Shown here: piece after piece, positions 47,784 to 57,543 of the stretch | Position numbering within the stretch: the first letter of the stretch is position 1 | How the letters are laid out: every line of letters begins with the position of its first letter | Assembly (NCBI GenBank): GCA_049523315.1 | Contig: JBEKMZ010000004.1 | Location: 15,980-79,979, forward strand | Source: Acidimicrobiales bacterium | Lineage (GTDB): Bacteria > Actinomycetota > Acidimicrobiia > Acidimicrobiales > Bog-793 | Reading direction: 5' to 3' | DNA: 64,000 nt | Made by a program: the position numbers and the translations under genes | The notes under the pieces: model-generated | Database searches by the model: none | The model's input: the letters and a program-made list of their open reading frames with translations, nothing else | Told to the model about the DNA's origin: nothing

Positions 47784-48625
47784 CCGACGCCGCGCCCGAA
47801 CGCTCGCCGCTAGAGACGACCGAGGTCGTCTTCGACATCGAGAAGGTGACTCTGCGCTTTGGCGGGGTCACGAGCCTTGCCGATGTCTCGCTCAAGTTGC
47901 ACCAGGGCGAGATCCTGTCAGTGATCGGCCCGAACGGGGCGGGCAAGACCTCCCTTTTCAACTGCCTGACCGGTGTCTACACGCCCCAGGAAGGCACGAT
48001 CGTTTTCACCCCGAAAGACGGGCACCCGGTGAGCGTGATCGGCCGCAAGCCCTACAAGGTGAACCGGCTCGGGGTAGCGAGGACCTTCCAGACCTCCCGC
48101 ATGTTCAACGCGCTGACGACTTTCGAGAACGTGAAGATTGGCGTCGAGTCAAAGCAGCATACGGGACCGATCGGGGCGATGCTCCGGCTGCCCCGCACCC
48201 GGCGCGAGGAGCACCAGAGCGACTTGAGGACGCTCGAGCTTTTGAAATTCGTCGGGCTCACAAGACGGGCGAACGAGCTCTCGAGCTCACTGCCCTACGG
48301 GGACCGACGGCGCCTCGAAATCGCCCGGGCACTCGGGACGAACCCCGAGGTGCTCTTGTTGGACGAGCCTGCCGCGGGGACGAACCCGGCCGAGAAGGTC
48401 GAGCTCGCCGAGCTGATCCGCAAGGTGAACAAGCAGCTCGGTGTCACAGTGCTGCTGATCGAGCACGACATGAAGCTTGTGATGTCGGTGGCAGAGCGGA
48501 TCATCGTGTTGAACTTTGGCCAGGTGATCGCACAAGGCTCCCCGGCCGAGATACAAAGGGACCCGGTCGTGATCAACGCCTATCTGGGCTCGCCTGATGA
48601 CGACGCCGCGACGGAGCAAGCCTGA
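47780..48625 (+). CDS. livG: Branched-chain amino acid ABC transporter ATP-binding protein
   Basis: 'GPNGAGKTSLFN', 'LPYGDRRRLEIARAL' and 'LLLDEPAAG'. An ATGA overlap joins it to livM. Confidence 0.9.
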   Translation: MTDAAPERSPLETTEVVFDIEKVTLRFGGVTSLADVSLKLHQGEILSVIGPNGAGKTSLFNCLTGVYTPQEGTIVFTPKDGHPVSVIGRKPYKVNRLGVARTFQTSRMFNALTTFENVKIGVESKQHTGPIGAMLRLPRTRREEHQSDLRTLELLKFVGLTRRANELSSSLPYGDRRRLEIARALGTNPEVLLLDEPAAGTNPAEKVELAELIRKVNKQLGVTVLLIEHDMKLVMSVAERIIVLNFGQVIAQGSPAEIQRDPVVINAYLGSPDDDAATEQA

Positions 48626-49341
48626 TGGCGATGCTCGATGTCACCGGCGTGGAGGTCCGTTACGGAGCCGTCCCGGCTCTGCACGACTTCACAATCTCTG
48701 TCGAGAAAGGAGAGATCGTCACCCTGCTCGGCGCGAACGGCGCCGGCAAGACGACCACGCTCCGGATGATCTCGGGGCTGCACCACGCCTCCTCGGGCAC
48801 GGTCCGCTTCGAGGGCGTCGACATCTCGCGTTTCGCGGCGCACAGGACCGTCGAGCTCGGGATCAGTCACGTTCCCGAGGGCCGGCGGATCTTCCCGCAG
48901 ATGACTGTGCTCGAGAACCTCGAGATAGGTGCCTACCACAAGCAGCACGGCCAGAACACCAAGCTTGACGAGGTCTACGAGCTCTTCCCGATCCTGAAGG
49001 ACCGTCGTAAGCAGCAGGGAGGCAACCTCTCCGGGGGCGAGCAGCAGATGCTCGCCATCGGGCGGGCCCTTATGGCTGAGCCGAGGTTGTTGCTCCTGGA
49101 CGAGCCTTCGATGGGGCTGGCCCCGCTCTTCGTGCAGACGATCTTCGAGATCCTGAAGACGATCCGCGAGCAGGGGGTCACGGTCTTGCTGGTCGAGCAG
49201 AACGCGGCCAAGGCCCTGCAGTTGGCCGATCGGGGTTATGTGCTCGAGAACGGGAGGATCGTGCTCCAGGACTCCGCCGCGACCTTGCTGCGCGACGACC
49301 GGGTGCGAATGGCCTATCTTGGCGAGGACATCGGGCACTGA
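48625..49341 (+). CDS. livF: Branched-chain amino acid ABC transporter ATP-binding protein
   Basis: 'GANGAGKTTTL', 'LSGGEQQMLAIGRAL' and 'LLLLDEPSMGLAP'. Confidence 0.9.
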   Translation: MAMLDVTGVEVRYGAVPALHDFTISVEKGEIVTLLGANGAGKTTTLRMISGLHHASSGTVRFEGVDISRFAAHRTVELGISHVPEGRRIFPQMTVLENLEIGAYHKQHGQNTKLDEVYELFPILKDRRKQQGGNLSGGEQQMLAIGRALMAEPRLLLLDEPSMGLAPLFVQTIFEILKTIREQGVTVLLVEQNAAKALQLADRGYVLENGRIVLQDSAATLLRDDRVRMAYLGEDIGH

Positions 49342-49394
49342 GACAGCGCCCGATGTCTGCCGGGCCATTCACCTAGCGGTGATGCAGTGACACG

Positions 49395-50561
49395 ATGTCT
49401 GTCATGATCCCTGTTAAGTCGTCCCGGCTCCGCTCTTGGTTGTCGGGCGGCGTCGGGCTCGTCTTTGCAGCGGCCATCGTCGCATCTGCACCCGCCAGGG
49501 CCGTTGCCACCGCCTCGAGGGTGGCCGCGCGCACCCCGACAGTGTGGCTCTGCAGGCCGGCAATGGCCGACGACCCGTGCAGCACGAGCCTCGCGACGAC
49601 GGTCGTGCAGGCCTCGGGGGCAAGATCGGTCACGAGCGCAAAGCCCGCCACGGCCTCGAGGTTCGACTGCTTCTACGTCTATCCCACCGTCAGCGAGGAG
49701 ACCTCCCTGAACGCGGATCTGAGGGTGCAGAAGTCCGAACGTGCCGTAGCGGTCGCCCAGGCCTCACGTTTTTCCACCGTCTGCCGGGTCTGGGCGCCGA
49801 TGTATCGCCAGATCACCCTGGCGGGTCTCGAGACGGTTCCGATCGGGACCTCACCGGTCATCGAGACTGCCTACGACAGCATCCGGGCGGGTTTCGAGGA
49901 CTATCTGGCGCACGACAACCACGGTCGGCCGATCGTGTTCATCGGCCACTCCCAGGGCGCGGCGATGTTGATCATGCTGCTCGAGCACTTCGTCGACGAG
50001 AACGCCGCCTTGCGTCGCCGGCTCGTGCTGGCGGTCATCCTCGGCGGCAACGTGGTCGTGCACATTGGCGCGCTCACAGGCGGCAGCTTCAGGCACATTC
50101 CGCTGTGCACGGCACTGGGGGAAACAGGTTGTGTGATCGCCTACTCGAGCTTCCCGGGCGAGCCTCCTTTTGCCTCGCTCTTCGGGAGGCCGGGTCAGGG
50201 TGTCTCGCTCCTGTCCGACCAGCTGACGAGGCGCGGCGAGCAGGTCGCCTGCGCCAACCCTGCAGCCCTTGGCGGCGGCAGCGGCGCCCTCTTGGCGTAC
50301 TTCCCCTCCGATGGCCTCGAGGCGACGCCGTGGGTGGAGTACCCGAAGCTCTACAGCGCGCGCTGTGAGAGCGCAGGCGGGGCGACCTGGCTCCAGGTCA
50401 CCAAGGCGTCTGGCGCCACGGACCATCGCGTTGTCGTGACCGAGACAGATGGGCCGGACTGGGGATATCACCCTTATGACGTCAACCTTGCCCTCGGCAA
50501 CCTCGTCGCAGACGCCGCCCGCGCGGAAGCGTCGTGGTCCGAGGCCGCCGGCCGTAACTAG
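49395..50561 (+). CDS. Secreted DUF3089-like alpha/beta hydrolase
   Basis: A signal-like N-terminus, then 'FDCFYVYPTVS', 'VWAPMYRQITL' and 'IVFIGHSQGAAMLIMLL' (GxSxG nucleophile elbow), the pattern I recognise as DUF3089. Confidence 0.7.
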   Translation: MSVMIPVKSSRLRSWLSGGVGLVFAAAIVASAPARAVATASRVAARTPTVWLCRPAMADDPCSTSLATTVVQASGARSVTSAKPATASRFDCFYVYPTVSEETSLNADLRVQKSERAVAVAQASRFSTVCRVWAPMYRQITLAGLETVPIGTSPVIETAYDSIRAGFEDYLAHDNHGRPIVFIGHSQGAAMLIMLLEHFVDENAALRRRLVLAVILGGNVVVHIGALTGGSFRHIPLCTALGETGCVIAYSSFPGEPPFASLFGRPGQGVSLLSDQLTRRGEQVACANPAALGGGSGALLAYFPSDGLEATPWVEYPKLYSARCESAGGATWLQVTKASGATDHRVVVTETDGPDWGYHPYDVNLALGNLVADAARAEASWSEAAGRN

Positions 50562-50643
50562 GCGCGAGGCGCCCCCGACTCTGCCCTGTGCTGTGCAGGG
50601 ACCCACAGCTCGAATACGGTTGCAGCCGACAAGGAGGTTCGCA

Positions 50644-51567
50644 ATGCTGATCGTCGGGACCAGGGCGCATCTTGAGGACCTCGACCGCTCGTACACCTAC
50701 GCCGAAGACGTCCTTGTCACCGCGGTGGCGGTCAGTTCGTTTTCCGGGGGAGTCGGGAGCTTGCTGGCCGGCAGCGCCCGACCGACGTGGAGCCTTCTCG
50801 ACGGGGAGCGCATCGTCCTCCTCGACGAGTTCGACATGACCTTTGTGACCGGCCTTGCCGGGCCCAAGGCCCAGGCAATGGCAGCCGCGGCCGGGGGGAC
50901 CCTCGTGGTCGGGCTGGAGGGCGCGCATCTCGTCACCGTGTCGCCGGACGGCACCGTCAGCGAGCTACCCGCCTTCGACCAAGTCGCCGGCAGGGAGTCC
51001 TGGAGCAACCCTGCGGGCCCGACGCCGGAGCTGCGCTCCATCGCCGTGTCGCAGAGCGATGTCTGGTACGCCAACGTGCACGTCGGGGGACTCTGGCGGT
51101 CGGACGACCAGGGCCAGTCATGGCGCAACGTCATCGCGCCCGAGTCCGACGTCCATGAGGTCGTCACAGGGTTCGGTGGCACCGTGGCCGTCGCGGCCGC
51201 GATCGGCTTCGGCTGGAGCACCGATGGCGGCGAAACCTGGCAGTGGATGACAGACGGCCTCCACGCCGGCTATGCGAGGGCTGTCGCGCTCGACGGCGAG
51301 ACCGCGTTTGTCACCGCGTCGACCGGTCCCGATACCTCGGACGGCCGACTCTTTCGTTGCCGCCTCGGCGCGAGCTTCGAGGCGTGCGGGTCTGGGCTCC
51401 CGGAGTCGTTCCCCTTCAACCTCGACACAGGATCGGTGGCGGCCTCGGGAGGTCACGTCGCTCTCGGGACCCGCAATGGTCATATCTTCCGCTCGAGCGA
51501 CAGCGGCTCGAGTTGGGAGTTGGCCGCTGAAGGGATGCGACCTGTCCGCGTGCTGCGCTTCAACTGA
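50644..51567 (+). CDS. BNR/Asp-box repeat beta-propeller protein
   Basis: Three SxDxGxxW Asp-boxes are present: 'SDDQGQSW', 'STDGGETW' and 'SSDSGSSW'. I see no signal peptide. An SD 'AAGGAGG' lies upstream of the ATG at 50644. Confidence 0.7.
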   Translation: MLIVGTRAHLEDLDRSYTYAEDVLVTAVAVSSFSGGVGSLLAGSARPTWSLLDGERIVLLDEFDMTFVTGLAGPKAQAMAAAAGGTLVVGLEGAHLVTVSPDGTVSELPAFDQVAGRESWSNPAGPTPELRSIAVSQSDVWYANVHVGGLWRSDDQGQSWRNVIAPESDVHEVVTGFGGTVAVAAAIGFGWSTDGGETWQWMTDGLHAGYARAVALDGETAFVTASTGPDTSDGRLFRCRLGASFEACGSGLPESFPFNLDTGSVAASGGHVALGTRNGHIFRSSDSGSSWELAAEGMRPVRVLRFN

Positions 51568-51948
51568 GCCTTCGGTGCTGCCGGCTTAGAAGTTCACCGG
51601 TCGACGCCTCGTCGAAGGTAGGCCTTTTGGTCTTGGAACGACCGGCGACGCCACAGCGCCGCGCCTGTTCGTCGAGCTGGTCGCGGGTCTGGTCGCGTCG
51701 CGGCGCGACCTCGGGGCAGCGCGCCGAGCGAGATCATAAGGGCCACCTGAGAGCAGAGGACGGTCGATGTCCTTTCAAATCTGCGGACGGCGCCTGGCCA
51801 CGGTGCCGGGTGTCGCAGCGTCCGCGCTATGGCACGGTGCGCCTGCACTACGGGTCTGTTGTGCCAGTATGGGCCGGAAACCCGCCTCCAGGGGTCCATC
51901 ACCAGGCGTATGACCGCGCCCGGGGCGCGAGCACGAAAGGGGTCACCA

Positions 51949-54900
51949 ATGACCAGCGGGAGCGATTCACAGCAAGCCAAATCCGTCGCGCGCGAACCGG
52001 GACTGTCACCTGGTAGCGCTGCGAGGCGAGGCCGTCGCCTCCTGGCTACAGGTGCTGCGTTGCTCACATGCGCTCCTTTCCTGGCGATGCTGCCCCCGGC
52101 GCTCGCTGGGGCCGGCGCGCGGGCCATTTCTATGGTCACGGTCGCGGCCGCGCCGCAGATCCCCCTCGGCGACAGGGCCCTCGGCTCGATCGCTGCCGGG
52201 TCGATGCAGGCCGGCATGGTCGTGCTGCGGCCGCAAGACGAGTCCGCCCTTACCAGCTTCATCGCCGCGGTCACCGACAAGAACTCGCCTCGGTTCCACC
52301 AGTACCTGGCGCCGGGGGCCTTCGCCCAGCGCTTCGGCCCGGCCCCCTCGAGCATTGCCGCCGTCAAGGCCAAGCTCTCCGCCGAGGGGCTGCGGGTCAC
52401 CAACATCTCGCGCGACGGGCTCATCGTTAGCTTCTCTGGCTCTGCCGCCAAGGTCGAGTCGGCGTTTCGGACCGGGATCGAGCGATACCGGCTCGCCGAC
52501 GGGGCGATCGGCCAGGCGACCACAGGCGCGGTGAGGATGCCGTCGTCGATCGCCGGCTCGGTTGTCGCGGTGATCGGCTTGAACAGCCTCGTCCATGACG
52601 AGGCAGCCGACATCCGGCCTGGGCCGCCGTCGGTGCAGCACACCTTCAAGGCGGCGAAGGCGCCGAGCTTCTCGCACCCTGCAGGCTCGCCTACTGCTTG
52701 CGGGGCGGCTCAGCTCGACGCCGAGACCTCGGGCGGGCTCACCGATGACGAGATCGCCAACGCGTATGGCGCATTCGGCCTCTACCGCCTTGGTGACTAC
52801 GGCAGCGGGGAGCACGTCGCCGTCTACGAGCTGCAGCCGTTCCTCAAAAGCGACATCGAGACATTCGACACGTGCTACTTCGGCGCCGCCGAAGCTGCCC
52901 AGATGTCGGGCAACAAAGGGAACCTCGCCGGCAGTCGCCTTTCGATCATCCCGGTCGACGGCGGTGAGCCCCAGCCCGGGCCCGGCAGCGAGAACGACGA
53001 GGCCACCCTCGACATCGAGGACGTCTCCGCGATCGCCCCGGAAGCCAATATCGACGTTTACGAGGCTCCCAATTCGAACTCGGGCGGCTTTGACGAGTAC
53101 GCCGAGATCGTCAACAACGACACCGACCAGGTAGTCACCTCGAGCTGGGCCGCGTGCGAGCAGCTCCTCCAGCTGGCCGTCCCCGGCGTCCAGCAGGCGG
53201 AGAACCTCCTATTCGAGCAGGCCGCCGCCCAGGGCCAGACAATTCTGTCCGCGGCCGGTGACACCGGCGACGACGAGTGCAACTCGACCCGCCAGATCGA
53301 GCCCCCCGCCGGCCAGAACCTGCTCTCGGTCCTCGATCCGGGCAGCCAGCCCTATGTCCTGTCCGTCGGCGGTTCCACGATCGACGACGCCACCCAGCCG
53401 GCCCTCGAGCACGTCTGGGACGACGGCGCGCAGTGGGGCGCCGGCGGTGGAGGCATCTCGCAGTCCTGGACGATGCCCGCCTGGCAGGTGCCGATCGCCG
53501 ACACGACGGGGAACAAGGCGGACATCGCCCACGCCGAGGCCTATGAGGTCGCGACGGCCAAGTCCTCGGCCCCTGATACCAGCCCGACCTTCTGCGACGG
53601 CGCCTTGGGCCTTCCGGCAGGAACACTGTGCCGCGAGACTCCGGATGTCTCGGCACAGGCCGACGAATTCACGGGCGCGGTCACCCTTTACGGCAAGTCC
53701 CTCGGCTTCGGCCCCGCCGACGGCTGGGCGACGATCGGCGGCACCTCGTCGGCGACGCCGATCTGGGCTGCCCTGCTCGCCCTCGTCAATGCCTCCCCGT
53801 CATGCTCGGCCGACAAGATAAACGGCGTACAGGACGTCGGCTTCGCGAGCCCGATCCTCTACGGCATCGCCGCCAACGCGACCGCGTATGCGACGTCCTT
53901 CAACGACATCGTCTCGGGCAACAACGACGTCTACGGCCTCGACAATGGGCTCGTGTTCCCGGCGCGGCCCGGCTACGACATGGCTTCGGGACTCGGTTCC
54001 CCGCAGCTGACCACGCTGACGGGTGGCAACGCTCTCGCCTTTTACATGTGCGACTACGCCGGACAACTCGCCCCGCCGACGGTGACCGGGCTCAGCCCGT
54101 CGTCCGGGTCGACGGCGGGCGGTTACCCGGTGACGGTCTCCGGATCAGGCTTCGGTACCGCCTCGAGCCCGAACGTCACGAGCGTCGAGGTGGGCACGAC
54201 ACAGGCCAATAGTTTCGCCGTGCTCAACGCCACGACACTCACCGTCGTGATTCCGCCGGCGAAGGCGGTCACGCCTACTGCCTCGCCCAGCCCCGACAGC
54301 GGGGCCGGCCCCGCCGCCATAGTGGTCCACCTCAAGAGCGGGGCGTCGAACATACCGAGCGCGACGGACCTGTTCGAGTACCTGGACGAGAGCTCATTGC
54401 CAGCGGCCGTCCCGAGCGTCACGGGCGTCGGGCCCTACGGCGGACTGGAATCCTCGCCCGCACCTGTGACCATCTACGGCTCCGGGTTCACCGGGGCGAC
54501 CCAGGTCAGCTTCGGCGGTGTGAACGCTGCCAGCTTTGAGGTGAAGAACCCGTACGAGATCAAGCTGACCCCGCCCGCCTACTCGACACAGACCTGCGCG
54601 GGCCTTCCCACCACTGGTGTCTATGCGGGCGAGAACGCCACGAACGACATCTGCCAGGTGCAGGTCGTGGTCACCAACGCCAACGGCTCCAGCGCGAAGG
54701 GCTCGATCCTGCCGCCGTACGAGGGCTCGATCACCTTCGACTCCATGGGCGCCGAGGAGGCGCCAGCGGGCTATGAGATCGCACCGCAACCCACCGAGTT
54801 CGACTACGTCCCCACCCCGACGATCACGTCTGTCTCGACGGGTACGGTCGCCGATCTCAGCCAGTGCGTCGCGCCGGCAACTGCGTTGTGTAACGCCGTC

Positions 54901-56799
54901 CATTTGGCGAGCGAGGCCGGTGGGCCGGCCAGCTTGGTCACCATCGAGGGGACCGGCATGAACGGTCTCACGTTGGACTACGCCTTGGTGGGGCCCTCCG
55001 CCAGCGAGAATTCCGTCCTGAGCCCGGTGGCGGCGACCGGCACATCGCTGCAGCTGGTCGCCCCGGCCCTGGTCAAGTCCGGCGCGCAGGCGACCGTGGA
55101 GCCAGTCACGCGCGAGGTCCGCTTCGTCTCGACGGCCGGCATTTCCAACGATTCCAAGATCGTCTACGCCGGCGTGCCGAAGCTGTCGGCGGTCGTCGAC
55201 CCGCGCACCGGCCTGCCGGGCGTGCCCGACTCGTTCACCTGCGCGAGCTCGCCGCCGAACTCGGGTTGTGGAGCGCCGGTCGACATCAGCGGCGTTGGGC
55301 TGCTCCAGACGGTCGGCCCGATCGGTTTTGTGGACAACCAGACCGGCTACTCGGTCGGGACCCAGTACAGCTTCGCCGTCAAGAGCGACAAGGAGCTGAC
55401 CACCGAGTCGGTGGCGCAGAACCCGGCCATCATCGACGTCGAGGTCTGCACCAACACCGGTTGCAGCTACAACCCGGGTTCAGACGAGCTGGCGGTATAC
55501 CCACCCGGCAATCCGAAGCTCGAAAGCATCTCGACAACGAGCGGGCCCGCTCACGGCGGGAACGTCGTCGTTCTGACCGGGAGCAACCTCGGTTGCGTCG
55601 TGGCGGTCGGCTTCGGCAAGGTGGTGACACTTTCGACCTCCAACGCCCAGGCGTTGTTGGTCTGTGGCACCACGAACCTGATCGCTGTCCTCGTCCCGCC
55701 CGGAAAGGCGGGGACGACGGTGCCTGTCAGGGTCGCAACGGTGGAGAGCTACTTCGACCACGGGGGCAGGGCGAGCAACTCGATCCCTTACACCTACACT
55801 CCGAGCACCCCGAGCGGGCCGAGCACCGTATCGGCGCTACCGAGGGCGGGGGCAACGACGGTCAGGTGGTCAGCGCCCGCGAGCGACGGGGGCAGCCCGG
55901 TCACCGGTTACATCGTGACCGCTTCGTCCCCAGGTCTCGCGAGCGAGCGTCAACTCGCCGGTGCCACCAAGCGGAGCCTGACCTTCACCGACTTGCAGGC
56001 CGGGGCGACATGGCTCTTCAGCGTGAAGGCGACCTCGAACAAAGGCGTCGGGCTCAGGACCGTGTCGGGCACGGCGGTGCCGAGCCTCGGCGACGATGGG
56101 TACCTGGTCGAGACACAGGCCGGTGCAATCCTCGGATTCGGTGACGTCGGTTCGCACGGCGGCATCGCGGGCGAGGGCTCTGTCCCGGCCGGCTTCGCGA
56201 CGACACCCTCGGGCCTCGGCTACTGGGTCGTGAGCACGACAGGCGCGGTGACGGCGTTCGGCGACGCGTCGTTTTTCGGCGAGGCGTCGAGGAAAGATGT
56301 CGCCGGCATCGCTGCCATGCCCGACGGCAAGGGCTACTGGATCGTTACGCAGTCAGGCGCAGTCCAGGGCTTCGGTCGGGCGAGGACCTATCCGGGCAAG
56401 GCGCCGAAGGGCACCGAGATCGTCGCCATCGCCTCGTCGTCCACCGGCAAGGGCTATCTGTTGACGGGGATCAACGGGTCCGTGACAGCCTTCGGGGACG
56501 CCCGCTCACACGGGTCAGTCGCCGGCGAGAAGCTGAGCGAGCCCATCGTGGGCATGGCGACCACGCCGGGCGGGAGGGGCTACTGGCTCGTGTCGGCCGA
56601 CGGCCGTGTCTTCTCGTTCGGTGACGCGCCCTTCTACGGCTCGCTTGCCCACAAGGCCATCCCCGCGGCGATCGTCGGGATCGCGGGCACTCCCGCAGGT
56701 GACGGGTACTGGCTCGTGGCCGCGAACGGCAAGGTCTACAACTTCGGCGCCGCGCAGAACCTCGGCAGCGCGCCGAACGCCTACGCCATCGGGCTCTAG
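51949..56799 (+). CDS. Giant secreted sedolisin (peptidase S53) with pro-kumamolisin propeptide, ~5 IPT/TIG-like domains, FN3 and C-terminal propeller-type repeats
   Basis: The leader is Tat-like ('SAARRGRRLLATGAALL'). The propeptide reads 'SPRFHQYLAPGAFAQRFGPAPSSIAAVKAKLSAEGLRV...VESAFRTGIERYRL'. The catalytic Ser motif is 'IGGTSSATPIWAALLALV'. 'PTVTGLSPSSGSTAGGYPVTVSGSGFG'-type IPT modules repeat. The FN3 is 'VRWSAPASDGGSPVTGYIV'. An SD 'AAAGGGG' lies before the ATG at 51949. Confidence 0.85.
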   Translation: MTSGSDSQQAKSVAREPGLSPGSAARRGRRLLATGAALLTCAPFLAMLPPALAGAGARAISMVTVAAAPQIPLGDRALGSIAAGSMQAGMVVLRPQDESALTSFIAAVTDKNSPRFHQYLAPGAFAQRFGPAPSSIAAVKAKLSAEGLRVTNISRDGLIVSFSGSAAKVESAFRTGIERYRLADGAIGQATTGAVRMPSSIAGSVVAVIGLNSLVHDEAADIRPGPPSVQHTFKAAKAPSFSHPAGSPTACGAAQLDAETSGGLTDDEIANAYGAFGLYRLGDYGSGEHVAVYELQPFLKSDIETFDTCYFGAAEAAQMSGNKGNLAGSRLSIIPVDGGEPQPGPGSENDEATLDIEDVSAIAPEANIDVYEAPNSNSGGFDEYAEIVNNDTDQVVTSSWAACEQLLQLAVPGVQQAENLLFEQAAAQGQTILSAAGDTGDDECNSTRQIEPPAGQNLLSVLDPGSQPYVLSVGGSTIDDATQPALEHVWDDGAQWGAGGGGISQSWTMPAWQVPIADTTGNKADIAHAEAYEVATAKSSAPDTSPTFCDGALGLPAGTLCRETPDVSAQADEFTGAVTLYGKSLGFGPADGWATIGGTSSATPIWAALLALVNASPSCSADKINGVQDVGFASPILYGIAANATAYATSFNDIVSGNNDVYGLDNGLVFPARPGYDMASGLGSPQLTTLTGGNALAFYMCDYAGQLAPPTVTGLSPSSGSTAGGYPVTVSGSGFGTASSPNVTSVEVGTTQANSFAVLNATTLTVVIPPAKAVTPTASPSPDSGAGPAAIVVHLKSGASNIPSATDLFEYLDESSLPAAVPSVTGVGPYGGLESSPAPVTIYGSGFTGATQVSFGGVNAASFEVKNPYEIKLTPPAYSTQTCAGLPTTGVYAGENATNDICQVQVVVTNANGSSAKGSILPPYEGSITFDSMGAEEAPAGYEIAPQPTEFDYVPTPTITSVSTGTVADLSQCVAPATALCNAVHLASEAGGPASLVTIEGTGMNGLTLDYALVGPSASENSVLSPVAATGTSLQLVAPALVKSGAQATVEPVTREVRFVSTAGISNDSKIVYAGVPKLSAVVDPRTGLPGVPDSFTCASSPPNSGCGAPVDISGVGLLQTVGPIGFVDNQTGYSVGTQYSFAVKSDKELTTESVAQNPAIIDVEVCTNTGCSYNPGSDELAVYPPGNPKLESISTTSGPAHGGNVVVLTGSNLGCVVAVGFGKVVTLSTSNAQALLVCGTTNLIAVLVPPGKAGTTVPVRVATVESYFDHGGRASNSIPYTYTPSTPSGPSTVSALPRAGATTVRWSAPASDGGSPVTGYIVTASSPGLASERQLAGATKRSLTFTDLQAGATWLFSVKATSNKGVGLRTVSGTAVPSLGDDGYLVETQAGAILGFGDVGSHGGIAGEGSVPAGFATTPSGLGYWVVSTTGAVTAFGDASFFGEASRKDVAGIAAMPDGKGYWIVTQSGAVQGFGRARTYPGKAPKGTEIVAIASSSTGKGYLLTGINGSVTAFGDARSHGSVAGEKLSEPIVGMATTPGGRGYWLVSADGRVFSFGDAPFYGSLAHKAIPAAIVGIAGTPAGDGYWLVAANGKVYNFGAAQNLGSAPNAYAIGL
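56090..56796 (+). repeat. Six tandem ~38-42-aa coding repeats 'GYW[LIV]V...G.V..FGDA...G'
   Basis: Repeat units start 'GYLVETQAGAILGFGDVG', 'GYWVVSTTGAVTAFGDAS', 'GYWIVTQSGAVQGFGRAR', 'GYLLTGINGSVTAFGDAR', 'GYWLVSADGRVFSFGDAP' and 'GYWLVAANGKVYNFGAAQ'. They form the C-terminus of the S53 protein. Confidence 0.75.
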
Positions 56800-56821
56800 C
56801 ACTCTGGCATCCGGCGCCTCG

Positions 56822-56856
56822 CGCCACGTGCAGCCCCTCGGCCGCTGCACGTGGCG
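56822..56856 (+). terminator. 13-bp perfect hairpin after the S53 gene
   Basis: 'CGCCACGTGCAGC' (56822-56834) pairs with 'GCTGCACGTGGCG' (56844-56856) around a 9-nt loop, 23 nt after the stop. There is no U-tract. Confidence 0.5.
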
Positions 56857-56961
56857 GGAATGGCGCGCGCCACAGTTCGGTAACCTCGAAGGCGGTGGCC
56901 GCTCGTCCGTTTCAGACCTCGGGGAGCGGCAGTACGCAGGATCAACAATCAAGGAGAGACC

Positions 56962-57543
56962 ATGCTTGGTATCGGTGACCGTTTCCCGGAGTTCTCGCTC
57001 ACAGCGCTCGTCCCCGGCGACCTGAGCGCACTCGAGGCCAAGACGCCCGAGGACTACTTCACGAAGATCGACTCTTCGACCTACGAGGGGAAATGGCGCG
57101 TCGTGTTCTTCTGGCCCAAGGACTTCACCTTCATCTGCCCGACCGAGATCGCCGAGTTCGGCCGTCTCAACACCGAGTTCTCCGACCGGGACGCGCAGGT
57201 GCTCGGAGGTTCCGTCGACAACGAGTACGTGCATTACGCCTGGCGCAATCAGCACGAGGACCTTAAGAACCTGCCCTTCCCGATGCTCTCGGATCTCGAC
57301 CGGCGTCTTGTCGCGGACCTCGGGGTGCTCAACTCCGACGGAGTCGCGGACCGGGCGACTTTCGTCGTGGACCCAGACGGGATCATCCAGTTCGTCATGG
57401 TGACCGCCGGGTCGGTCGGCCGAAACGTCGAGGAGGTGCTCCGGGTGCTCGATGCCTTGCAGACCGACGAGCTGTGCGCCTGCAACTGGCACAAGGGTGC
57501 GGCGACGCTTGACGCGAAGGCGCTCATGACAAAGAGCGCCTGA
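56962..57543 (+). CDS. ahpC: Alkyl hydroperoxide reductase C (peroxiredoxin)
   Basis: '[23 protein letters not shown]' carries the peroxidatic Cys motif. An SD 'AAGGAGAG' lies upstream. Confidence 0.95.
   Translation: MLGIGDRFPEFSLTALVPGDLSALEAKTPEDYFTKIDSSTYEGKWRVVFFWPKDFTFICPTEIAEFGRLNTEFSDRDAQVLGGSVDNEYVHYAWRNQHEDLKNLPFPMLSDLDRRLVADLGVLNSDGVADRATFVVDPDGIIQFVMVTAGSVGRNVEEVLRVLDALQTDELCACNWHKGAATLDAKALMTKSA

Noticed and set aside
51559-51730. A minus-strand frame reading '...RDQLDEQARRCGVAGRSKTKRPTFDEAS...', reminiscent of small Rho_N-domain proteins ('L.E.A...G..GRSKM.K.EL')
   Set aside because: The 57-codon frame contains no ATG, GTG or TTG start and is bounded by a stop. The resemblance is limited to the 'GRSK' core. 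At best it is a decayed remnant, so it is not reported as a feature.
51594-52649. A 351-aa minus ORF overlapping the 5' end of the S53 gene
   Set aside because: It runs antisense to the well-supported S53 propeptide. GC3 in its non-overlapping tail is only about 66% by hand count, below the coding frames here.
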